Below the pieces are notes generated by a model that saw only the letters and a list, made by a program, of their open reading frames with translations, made no database searches and had not been told where the DNA came from. A program made the position numbers and the translations under genes. Shown piece after piece: positions 19,201-26,690 of a stretch of DNA of 64,000 bases; position 1 is the first letter of the stretch; each line of letters begins with the position of its first letter. Source of the DNA: Clostridiales bacterium (GTDB lineage Bacteria; Bacillota; Clostridia; Oscillospirales; CAG-272); assembly GCA_012727435.1 (NCBI GenBank), contig JAAYHB010000015.1, forward strand, positions 107,197 to 171,196, written 5' to 3'.

Positions 19201-19833
19201 CCGGCGCAGGTAATGGCAGTCGTTGGTGGCGACCAGCGGAAGCCCGCACTCCTGTGCAAGGCTCACCAGCCCGGGCAGTATCTGCCGCTGCTCGGCAAGC
19301 CCGTGGTTCTGGAGCTCAATGTAAAAGTTGTCCTTGCCGAATATCTCGGCGAGCTCACACGCCGCCCGCTTCGCCCCGTCAAAGTCGCCGCGCGAGAGCA
19401 GGGTGGGAATCTTTCCGGCAAGGCAGGCCGAAAGGGCCACAAGCCCCTCCGAGTGCGCACGGAGCAGTTCGTAGTCAATCCTCGGCTTTGAATAAAAACC
19501 CTCGGTGTAGCCTTTTGATACCATGTATATTAAGTTTTTATAGCCCTCGGCGTTCTTGCAGAGCAGCACAAGATGGTGGGCGTAACCCTCGTGAGAGTTC
19601 CTCTCAAAGCGCGAGCCCGGCGCGACATACACCTCGCAGCCGATAATAGGCTTAATACCGGCCTCTTTGCAGGCCAGATAAAAAGCCACGGTGCCGTACA
19701 TCGCCCCGTGGTCGGTCAGCGCTACCGCATGATGGCCGCACTCGGCGGCGCGCTTCGGGATTTCGCTTATCCGGCAGGCCCCGTCGAGCAGGCTATACTC
19801 GCTGTGCAGGTGCAGGTGTACAAAATCCGGCAT
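16294..19833 (-). CDS. dnaE: DNA polymerase III alpha subunit DnaE
   Basis: The ORF was trimmed to ATG 19833 (MPDFVHLHLHSEYSLLDG, PHP domain), with GGAAGGAG upstream. The full-length architecture of about 1179 aa is present. Confidence 0.95.
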   Translation of the reverse strand: MPDFVHLHLHSEYSLLDGACRISEIPKRAAECGHHAVALTDHGAMYGTVAFYLACKEAGIKPIIGCEVYVAPGSRFERNSHEGYAHHLVLLCKNAEGYKNLIYMVSKGYTEGFYSKPRIDYELLRAHSEGLVALSACLAGKIPTLLSRGDFDGAKRAACELAEIFGKDNFYIELQNHGLAEQRQILPGLVSLAQECGLPLVATNDCHYLRREDADTQAILMCIQTNSVITDGRPIGFETDEFYYKTTEEMTALFGEYPGAIENTVRIAEMCSFDFDMSKHYLPRYRCPAGYDPAGYLRKLTFDGFEARVKSGQIKFDGQHTEKEYRERLEYELSLIERMGYSEYFLIVQDYVNYAKNRGIPVGPGRGSGAGSLVAYCLKITDIDSIRFGLIFERFLNPERVSMPDIDVDFCYNRRGEVIDYVVRKYGDDHVSQIATFGTLAARAAVRDTGRALGMSYGEVDVVARAIPQQPGMTIGLALKMPELKQLYESSEQVRKLVDTAASLEGMPRNVSVHAAGVVITDAPIYEYVPLATSNGTPITQFDMETIEKLGLLKFDFLGLRYLTIINDAQEQIRQHDPEFNIESLPLDDKETYELISAGMTTGVFQFESEGMRQMLMSLRPESIEDLLTAIALYRPGPMDSIPRYIRCRHDSSAVKYATPALEPILRETYGCIVYQEQVMSIFRELAGYTLGHADLVRRAMAKKKASVMEAERESFIAGAAERGIDRETAAEIFESMNSFANYAFPKGHAAAYAVIAFRTAYLSAHWPREYFAALLTSVLGNMPKIAQYTAECAKRGISVLPPDINRSMMYFNVSGGDILFGLLALKNVSRQFVANIIEERKRGDFRSFEDFIERMADYDINKRQVESLIKAGAFDRLGVYRSRLMVSYEKIIDAVTEKKRRNISGQLDLFSLTEPEEQPQGFSYPEIPEYTLRERLLLEKECSGMYFSGHLIDSYSKCIADLGVTPITDIVAGSEDPEAGSMLDGLQVAVAGIISSVSVKITRKDERMAFITLEDRYGEIECILFPKVFRQYYELIRPDCGVYISGRVQLREDEPARIIAEEVGALVENSRYTGGAGCKEVQNDSEAPKATPGENQLKSAGNGAGRKAGRRLFLRVEAGSEKFNKAVNLVEIFTGDVPVIFYDTKTASYKQYERGVALTDFVAGEFVELLGPENVVVK

Positions 19834-19889
19834 ATTTGCTCCTTCCTTTGTTTTTCGGCTCACGCTTTTTGTGTTTTCAAAACCACCGG

Positions 19890-20750
19890 TCAGTCAATCT
19901 TTTCCGCCTCGTGTGCGATCTTCTCGAGCCTGTGATTGAGCCCCGATTTTGAAATCGGCGGCTTATGCAGCGCCGCAAGCTCGGCGAGCGAGGCTTCGGG
20001 ATGCTCAAGCCTGAGTTTTGCGGTAACCCGTATGTCATAAGGCATCGTCTCAAGCCGCCCGCTCTCTGCCAGCCGGTGGATGTCCTCAATCTGGCGCCGG
20101 GAAGCCGCCACGGTTCTGGCGATGTTCCGGGCAACGCAGTTTGTCGCGCGGTTCTCGTCGTTCCTGATGGCGCGCTCGATTTTGCAGTTCATCAGGTCAA
20201 AGGCCGCCCGGGTCGCCCCGAGCTTGACAAGCAGCTCCTCGATGACCTCGCTGTCCTTGAAATACAGTCCGGTCCCGTTTTTCCGGTTGATTATCTTCGG
20301 GGGGCAGCCGATTTTGTCGAGCAGCCTGTAAATGCTCCTGGTGCGCTTTGCGGTATGGGGGACAAACTCGGCGTGGTATGAGGCCGAGTGCGGGTCGCTC
20401 AGCGTGGCGCAGGCTAAAAACACCCCCCGCAGAAAAGCGGCCTCACAGTCCGGACAGGCCTTCTCAAATGCCTGCTCATCCCCGGAGCTGTCAGCCGCCG
20501 CAAAATCCACGGTCAGCATTATCCTGCTCCTTCCGCCGGCCTTTCCTACTTTGACAACATCCCCGAACACTTCCCGGAGGGTTTTTTCTGTGAATTCGGC
20601 GGCCTCACGGCTCCCGACCGGGATAGAGAGTACACCCTCGGGAGATACCGTGGCGCCATACACCAGCCCCCTCGCCAGCGCGCGCCGGCAGCATGCGTTC
20701 TTTACCGGCAAGCCGGAGAGCTCTTTTTTAACTTTATCGGTATATGTCAT
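19890..20750 (-). CDS. whiA: DNA-binding protein WhiA
   Basis: The N-terminus reads MTYTDKVKKELS... and a LAGLIDADG-like region follows. The C-terminal HTH is ASLAELAALHKPPISKSGLNHRLEKI. The start at ATG 20750 is preferred over 20771. Confidence 0.9.
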   Translation of the reverse strand: MTYTDKVKKELSGLPVKNACCRRALARGLVYGATVSPEGVLSIPVGSREAAEFTEKTLREVFGDVVKVGKAGGRSRIMLTVDFAAADSSGDEQAFEKACPDCEAAFLRGVFLACATLSDPHSASYHAEFVPHTAKRTRSIYRLLDKIGCPPKIINRKNGTGLYFKDSEVIEELLVKLGATRAAFDLMNCKIERAIRNDENRATNCVARNIARTVAASRRQIEDIHRLAESGRLETMPYDIRVTAKLRLEHPEASLAELAALHKPPISKSGLNHRLEKIAHEAEKID

Positions 20751-20789
20751 TTCAGACTCCGCACCGCCCATGCGGTTTATTTTATTTGC

Positions 20790-21701
20790 CTATTGTCCGA
20801 TAAATCTGATTTCGCACTCGGGTACGAATCCGTAATTCTTCAGGATTACTGATTTTATGTGCTCGACCAGCGCCTGCACGTCGCGGGCGCTGGCGCCGCC
20901 GGTGTTGACTATAAATCCGGCGTGTTTTAGCGACACCGCCGCCCCGCCGACAGAATATCCTTTGAGCCCGCTCTCCTCGATAATCTTGCCCATGTAGTAC
21001 CCCGGCTGCCGTTTGAAGACGCTTCCGGCGCTGGGGTATTCGAGCGGCTGCGATGCCCGCCTTTTGTTCATTATCTCACTCATCCGCGCTTCGATGCAGG
21101 CTGCATCTCCCGGCTCAAGCTCAAACTCTGCCGACAATATGATAAGCCTGCCGTTGTCCATGAAAATGCTGTGCCTGTAGAACAGCCCGAGCTCATCCGC
21201 CGGCAGCTCGCGGATAACCCCGGAGTCAATATCATAGCAGCGCACCGAGCGAAGCACCGCCGAGATATCCGAGCCGTATGCCCCGGCGTTCATGAACACC
21301 GCACCGCCGCAGGTCCCGGGGATTCCATAGGCAAATTCAAGTCCTGAAAGCCCGGCCTGCGCGGCGGCGCGGGTCATCGCAAAAAGCAGCGCACCGCAGT
21401 CTGCTCTCAAGATATTGCCGTCGACTTCAATATCCCGCAGGCACCGGGTCGATATCACAAGGCCGGAAAAACCGTTGTCCGGGAAGAGTACATTGCTGCC
21501 GTTGCCGATGACAATATACTTTGTCGAGTTGGCCTCGGCCGCCCTGATTGCCGACATCAGCCCGGCCTCGTTTTCGGGAAGAGCCACAAGCGCCGCCGGT
21601 CCGCCTATGCGGAAGGTGCAAAAGTCGCAGAGCGGCGCACCCTTTATATGTTCAACGCCGGCATTCTCAAGAACGGCGCACAAATTCAAAATATCGCTCA
21701 T
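20790..21701 (-). CDS. murB: UDP-N-acetylenolpyruvoylglucosamine reductase MurB
   Basis: Motifs seen are FRIGGPA, IVIGNGSNVLF and SAGSVFKRQPG. The start at ATG 21701 has ACGGAG upstream. Confidence 0.92.
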   Translation of the reverse strand: MSDILNLCAVLENAGVEHIKGAPLCDFCTFRIGGPAALVALPENEAGLMSAIRAAEANSTKYIVIGNGSNVLFPDNGFSGLVISTRCLRDIEVDGNILRADCGALLFAMTRAAAQAGLSGLEFAYGIPGTCGGAVFMNAGAYGSDISAVLRSVRCYDIDSGVIRELPADELGLFYRHSIFMDNGRLIILSAEFELEPGDAACIEARMSEIMNKRRASQPLEYPSAGSVFKRQPGYYMGKIIEESGLKGYSVGGAAVSLKHAGFIVNTGGASARDVQALVEHIKSVILKNYGFVPECEIRFIGQ

Positions 21702-21927
21702 CCGATATGCTCCGTTTTGCAATTTTGTGATGTATAATGAAGGTCAAGCCGGCGGTTCAAACTCGGTTTTATCCGGCGACAAAGCGCTGTGATACCCGTG
21801 CGAAGCGCTGCCTTACCGACTCACAAGACGGTGAATACAGGTTGTTACCTTATGGTAATTATACAATAGATACGCCCGCAAATCAACACCAAAATCGGCA
21901 GGTTTCCAAGTTTTAGCCGCGCGGCAC

Positions 21928-21956
21928 TTGAAAATTCCCGGCTGATACTGTATAAT
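21928..21956 (+). promoter_or_regulatory. Sigma-A-type promoter for the coaE operon
   Basis: TTGAAA (21928-21933), a 17-nt spacer, then TATAAT (21951-21956). Confidence 0.55.
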
Positions 21957-21997
21957 AGACTATCAGGAGATTTATTTCGCCAGACGGGAGGTGTGCG

Positions 21998-22597
21998 GTG
22001 AAGGTAATCGGACTTACGGGGCCGAGCGGCAGCGGCAAGGGCACCGCAGGCCTTTTGCTGAAAAAACACGGCATACCGACCATCGACACCGACAGGCTTT
22101 ACCGAAAGATTCTGATTCCGCCCTCCCCCTGCCTTGACGAAATCAGGGCCAACTTCGGGGACTCGGTAATCCGCCCAGACGGCACGCTTGACCGAAAGGC
22201 TCTTGCAGCCATTGTTTTTTCTGACAAGGCCAAACTCTCGCTGCTGAACTCGGTCACGCATAAGTATATTCTTGCAAGGGTGAAAAAGCGAATCGCCTAC
22301 CGGGCGCGCCGCGGCGCCGGGGCCGTGATTGTCGACGCGCCGGCACTTTTTGAGTCGGGGTTTGACGCAAAATGTGATTTCACGATAACAATCACCGCCG
22401 GGCGGGAGTCACGAATCAGGCGGATCATGCAGCGCGACGGGCTTGACCGCGCCGCCGCAGAGCGGCGGATAGACGGCCAGCCCCCCGAGGATTTCTACAC
22501 CTCACGCTCGGACTACACAATAAGAAACGACGGCTCCTCCGAGGAGCTTGCAGCCGCATTGCTTGAAATTATGCGGCGCGAGGGCATATTAACATGA
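21998..22597 (+). CDS. coaE: Dephospho-CoA kinase
   Basis: The start is GTG, with GGGAGGTG upstream. The N-terminus is (M)KVIGLTGPSGSGKGT (P-loop), followed by the D.D.L pattern. Confidence 0.88.
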   Translation: MKVIGLTGPSGSGKGTAGLLLKKHGIPTIDTDRLYRKILIPPSPCLDEIRANFGDSVIRPDGTLDRKALAAIVFSDKAKLSLLNSVTHKYILARVKKRIAYRARRGAGAVIVDAPALFESGFDAKCDFTITITAGRESRIRRIMQRDGLDRAAAERRIDGQPPEDFYTSRSDYTIRNDGSSEELAAALLEIMRREGILT

Positions 22598-23253
22598 AAA
22601 AAGCTCCCGGTAAAAAGACATCGCGGGCGCTGAGAGTTGTGCTCATACTCATAGCGGCGCTCATTTTCGGCTATATCTACAGCCTCATGTACACCGCTTA
22701 CCTCAGGTCGGTTTACCCGCGCGAATTTTACGAATATGTCGAGGCCAGCTCAAAGGAGTTCGGAGTTCCCGAGCAGATTTTGTTTGCGGTTATCAGGTCC
22801 GAGAGCAATTTTGACGCAAACGCGGTGTCAGGGGCTGGAGCTGTCGGCCTAATGCAGCTCATGCCCACGACCTTCAGGTGGATCAGCGACGATGTGCTCG
22901 GCGAGCGGCTTGACGCCTCAATGATATACGACCCCAAAACAAACATCAGATACGGCACCTGCCTGCTAGCGTGGCTCCATGACTACTACGGCGACTGGGA
23001 AACCGTCTTTGCTACCTATAATGCCGGGGTCGGAACGGTCAACGGCTGGCTTGAGGACCGCCGGTATTCCGATGAGACCGGGAAGCTGACCTATATTCCC
23101 TACGACGAGACCCGCAGGTTTGTCACGCTGACCAAAAAGGCCGTCATAACATATGAAAAGCTGTATTATTCCGGCAGACAAGGAAAGCTTTTGGCGGGGG
23201 ACGCCGGTTTTGTTGTTTTTGATGATAATTCATTGGCCAAGAAGTATAGATGA
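22594..23253 (+). CDS. Lytic transglycosylase (SLT domain), membrane-anchored
   Basis: It has an N-terminal TM segment. The catalytic region is AVIRSESNFDANAVSGAGAVGLMQLMP and ...YNAG. It overlaps coaE as ATGA. Confidence 0.85.
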   Translation: MKKAPGKKTSRALRVVLILIAALIFGYIYSLMYTAYLRSVYPREFYEYVEASSKEFGVPEQILFAVIRSESNFDANAVSGAGAVGLMQLMPTTFRWISDDVLGERLDASMIYDPKTNIRYGTCLLAWLHDYYGDWETVFATYNAGVGTVNGWLEDRRYSDETGKLTYIPYDETRRFVTLTKKAVITYEKLYYSGRQGKLLAGDAGFVVFDDNSLAKKYR

Positions 23254-24320
23254 TAGACAAGCTTGTTGCCGCCGAAGAAAAATACTGCGAGTTTGAGCGG
23301 CTGCTCTCTCTTCCTGAAATCTATTCCGACCAAAGGGAATATCAGCGGCTGATAAAAGAATACAGCGCGCTGACCCCTATAATCACAAAATTCCGCGAAT
23401 ACAAAAAGGCGACAGCCGACATGGAGTCGGCGCAGGCACTGCTCGGCGACACCACAGAGCCCGAACTGCGCGAGCTTGCCGCCGAGGAATACAAAACCTG
23501 CCGGGAATTGTCCGAGCGGCTGTACGAGGAGCTGAGGCTCCTGCTGCTGCCCCGCGACCCTAATGACGACCGGAACGTAATCATAGAAATCCGCGCGGGG
23601 GCGGGCGGCGAGGAGGCAGCGCTCTTTGCTTACGAGCTCTACCGGATGTACAACATGTACGCCGCCTCGGCCGGTTTTGAGGTTACCCTGCTCTATGCCA
23701 ATGAAACCGAGCTCGGCGGCTTCAAAGAGGTCTCGTTTATGGTTGAGGGCGACGGCGCGTACTCGCGTTTTAAGTTTGAGGGCGGCGTCCACCGCGTCCA
23801 GCGCGTCCCGGTGACCGAGTCGCAGGGGCGGATTCAGACCTCCACCGTCACCGTCGCGGTGCTGCCCGAAGCCGAAGAGGTCGAGGTCGAGATAAACCCC
23901 GCCGACCTTATTTTTGAGACCTGTAAGTCGAGCGGGGCGGGCGGTCAGTATGTGAACAAGACCGAGTCGGCTGTCAGGCTCACTCACAAGCCCACCGGCA
24001 TTGTCGTCGAGTGCCAGACCGAGCGCAGTCAGTTCCAGAACAGAGAGCGGGCGATGAAAATGCTGCTCGCCAAGCTCTACGAGATAAAGCGGGCCGAGTT
24101 GGAGGAGCAGATTGCCGCGACCCGCAAGACACAGGTGGGAAGGGGCGACAGGAGCGAGAAGATCCGGACCTACAACTTCCCGCAGAACCGGGTCACCGAC
24201 CACCGCATCGGGCTGACCCTCTATTCGCTTGACAGCTTTCTTGACGGGAACATCCAAGAAATGATCGACGCTCTGGCTACCGCCGACGCCGCCGAGAGGC
24301 TGAAAAGCGGGGAAATATGA
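23250..24320 (+). CDS. prfA: Peptide chain release factor 1
   Basis: It contains the GGQ motif (SGAGGQYVNKTESAVRLTH) and an RF1-type PVT tripeptide (RVPVTESQGRIQTS). Confidence 0.95.
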   Translation: MIDKLVAAEEKYCEFERLLSLPEIYSDQREYQRLIKEYSALTPIITKFREYKKATADMESAQALLGDTTEPELRELAAEEYKTCRELSERLYEELRLLLLPRDPNDDRNVIIEIRAGAGGEEAALFAYELYRMYNMYAASAGFEVTLLYANETELGGFKEVSFMVEGDGAYSRFKFEGGVHRVQRVPVTESQGRIQTSTVTVAVLPEAEEVEVEINPADLIFETCKSSGAGGQYVNKTESAVRLTHKPTGIVVECQTERSQFQNRERAMKMLLAKLYEIKRAELEEQIAATRKTQVGRGDRSEKIRTYNFPQNRVTDHRIGLTLYSLDSFLDGNIQEMIDALATADAAERLKSGEI

Positions 24321-24390
24321 CAAGACTCCCCGCCGCTCCCGGGATGTCAGTGAAAGTAATAATAGTTCAGTATATGGGGGTGAGGTGTGA

Positions 24391-24885
24391 ATGGGACTGA
24401 TGAAGCTAGATTTTACAGTTGAGGCCCCGGTTGAACATGTCTGGAATTTCGGACTGAAAGCCGAGATGATTCCCCGGTGGCAGTTTGACGTTGTTGCAGT
24501 AGAAGGTATCAGCGGCCCTATTGACAATGCGGGAACCAAATACACCTTAGTCTATAAGAAAGCGGGGCTTCATCTGGGCAGCCCGGCGGAAGTTACCCGC
24601 TTTGAGCCCGAAAACCTCACTATTGAAACTACCGGAAAAACACCGCTGGGAGGCCGTTTCAGATCCTGCACAACCATGCGGCAGGTCGATGAACATACGA
24701 CCCGTGTCGACTGGGTGATGGATTACAGGCTGCCGGGTTGGTTCTTCGGGGTATTGCTTGATAAATTGCTGTTTGAATGGGCTTTCAAAAAAACCGTTCG
24801 GAAATATAACAGGAATTTCAAGCTGCTTGCCGAAAAAACATTTCGCCAAAGCAATACAGGTTCTATGCAGTCGATGCCGGGATAA
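24391..24885 (+). CDS. SRPBCC-superfamily protein (START/polyketide-cyclase-like)
   Basis: The protein is 164 aa. MKLDFTVEAPVEHVWNF...IPRW and TTRVDWVMDY are typical of the SRPBCC fold. Codon third positions are visibly more A/T-rich than in the flanking genes. Confidence 0.6.
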   Translation: MGLMKLDFTVEAPVEHVWNFGLKAEMIPRWQFDVVAVEGISGPIDNAGTKYTLVYKKAGLHLGSPAEVTRFEPENLTIETTGKTPLGGRFRSCTTMRQVDEHTTRVDWVMDYRLPGWFFGVLLDKLLFEWAFKKTVRKYNRNFKLLAEKTFRQSNTGSMQSMPG

Positions 24886-24911
24886 AGTCATATCAGTCAG
24901 GAAGTATTTTA

Positions 24912-25557
24912 ATGCCATGCTATGTCAGAATCTCTGAATATTGGGATAAGGTTTTCCGAGAAATCGCCAGAAGCCCTGTCAGGACGGCAAGTACAGGCCA
25001 GAAAGATTTGGACAAGGCATTGGACTGGCTTTGTCACAATTCAGAATCCATCTTCGGTTTCGGCTGCGGCAATGGCGTTTTGTTGCTGAAGTGTTGTCTG
25101 AGAGGAACGAAAATTCATCGAGGCATTGATATTTCAGAGGAAGCGATAAAAGCCGCCATGGAAATTCAAAAGCTGAGTGGAAAAGGTGATTTTACTTTTT
25201 ACAACAGGTGGAGTGGAAAAGCTGGAGGCCACGGTCGATCAGGCCTTTGATGGAATTATTCTTTCTAATATAATCGACAATCTGCTCCCGCAAGATACAA
25301 TAATAGTTCTGACAGAAACACGGCGCATTCTTAAGCCAGGCGGAAAAGTATTGGTGAAATTAAACCCTTACCTAACGGACAATCAGATTATGGGATGGAA
25401 TATTAAAATCATTGAGAAGAATTTTCTTGACGACCGATTGTATTTGTGGAATCAGTCTACCGAAGAATGGACCGAATTGTTGGAGAAATATTTCAGTATT
25501 CTGAATACAAAGAAATTTATTTTCCTGAATATGACCAATATAACAGATTGTTTTTGA
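24912..25557 (+). pseudogene. Class I SAM-dependent methyltransferase, +1 frameshift in a T5 run
   Basis: ORF 24912..25250 (..GFGCGNGVLLL..GIDISEEAIKAA..GDFTF) and ORF 25177..25557 (TTGGVEKLEATVDQAFDGIILSNIIDNL...LKPGGKVLV) are the two halves of one methyltransferase. Deleting one T from TTTTT at 25196-25200 joins them as GDFTFTTGGVEKLE. Confidence 0.8.
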
Positions 25558-25590
25558 TGAAAAGCCAAACAAAAATGACACCAAAACAAG

Positions 25591-26655
25591 ATGAAATGGC
25601 ATTATTCTAAGAGGCTAGTTTTGAAAACCGAAATCATAAAAATAATTAATCCCACCGAATCATATCCCGACATCGAGCGCGCGGCTTCCATAATCAGAGC
25701 CGGCGGGCTGGTGGTCTTCCCCACCGAGACGGTCTACGGCCTCGGGGGCAACGGCACCGACCCGGCCGCCGCCACAAAAATCTACGAGGCAAAGGGCAGG
25801 CCGTCAGACAACCCGCTCATACTGCACCTGGCGCAGCCCTCGGATGCCGAGAGCTACGCTGTAACCAACGAGAATTACTACCGGCTCGCCGCGGCCTTCA
25901 TGCCGGGTCCGCTGACTATCATACTTCCGAAAAAGCCAACAGTTCCCGACCGGGTGACCGGCGGCCTTCCCAGCGTCGCGTTGCGCTGCCCTTCGCACCC
26001 GGTGGCCCATGCCTTAATTGAAGCCGCCGGGTTGCCGATCGCCGCGCCCTCGGCCAACATTTCGGGGCGTCCCTCTCCCACCAATGCAAGGTACGCAATC
26101 GAGGACCTCTCGGGCAGGGTTGATATGATAATCGACGGCGGCGACTGCGAAATCGGCCTTGAGTCGACCATCATATCGCTGAACCGCGACGGCGCGCTCC
26201 TGCTCCGCCCGGGCGCCGTGACATACGACGCGCTCTGCTGCGTTCTTGAGAGGGTAGAAATCTCGCCGGCCGCCATGGGGGAGATGACAGCCGACGACAG
26301 GCCGCTTGCCCCCGGCATGAAATACCGGCACTACGCCCCCTCCTCCCCGCTGGTACTGCTCGACGGCCCGGACGAAGCCTTTATATGTTACATCAAGCAA
26401 AAACGCCTCACGGAAAACTGCGCGGTCATCTGCTCACCGGAGGAGGCCCGCGCTATCGGAGGGGAAAATCTCGTGCTCACCGGCGATAATGACGACTACC
26501 CCGCACAGGCAAGACGCCTTTTCTCTGCCCTGCGCGAGGCCGACAAACTGGGCTGCGATGTCATCTATGCCCGCAAGCCCCGGGCCGACGGCCTCGGGCT
26601 CGCGCTCTACAACCGGCTGATCCGCGCCGCGGCGCACACGGTGGTGAAAATTTAA
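25591..26655 (+). CDS. tsaC: L-threonylcarbamoyladenylate synthase (Sua5/YwlC/TsaC, long form)
   Basis: The YrdC-domain motifs are VVFPTETVYGLGG and KGRPSDNPLILH, and a Sua5 C-terminal domain follows. An alternative start at TTG 25621 has AAGAGG 6 nt upstream and is at least as plausible. Confidence 0.9.
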   Translation: MKWHYSKRLVLKTEIIKIINPTESYPDIERAASIIRAGGLVVFPTETVYGLGGNGTDPAAATKIYEAKGRPSDNPLILHLAQPSDAESYAVTNENYYRLAAAFMPGPLTIILPKKPTVPDRVTGGLPSVALRCPSHPVAHALIEAAGLPIAAPSANISGRPSPTNARYAIEDLSGRVDMIIDGGDCEIGLESTIISLNRDGALLLRPGAVTYDALCCVLERVEISPAAMGEMTADDRPLAPGMKYRHYAPSSPLVLLDGPDEAFICYIKQKRLTENCAVICSPEEARAIGGENLVLTGDNDDYPAQARRLFSALREADKLGCDVIYARKPRADGLGLALYNRLIRAAAHTVVKI

Positions 26656-26690
26656 GTCCCGCACATCAAAATACCGCAGGAGATGACCTA

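Noticed and set aside
23166-24545. 459-aa ORF on the minus strand
   Set aside because: It lies entirely antisense to prfA, which has unmistakable RF1 motifs. Long shadow ORFs are expected in GC-rich coding DNA. It has no Shine-Dalgarno site and a low-complexity Pro/Gly/Leu/Arg composition.
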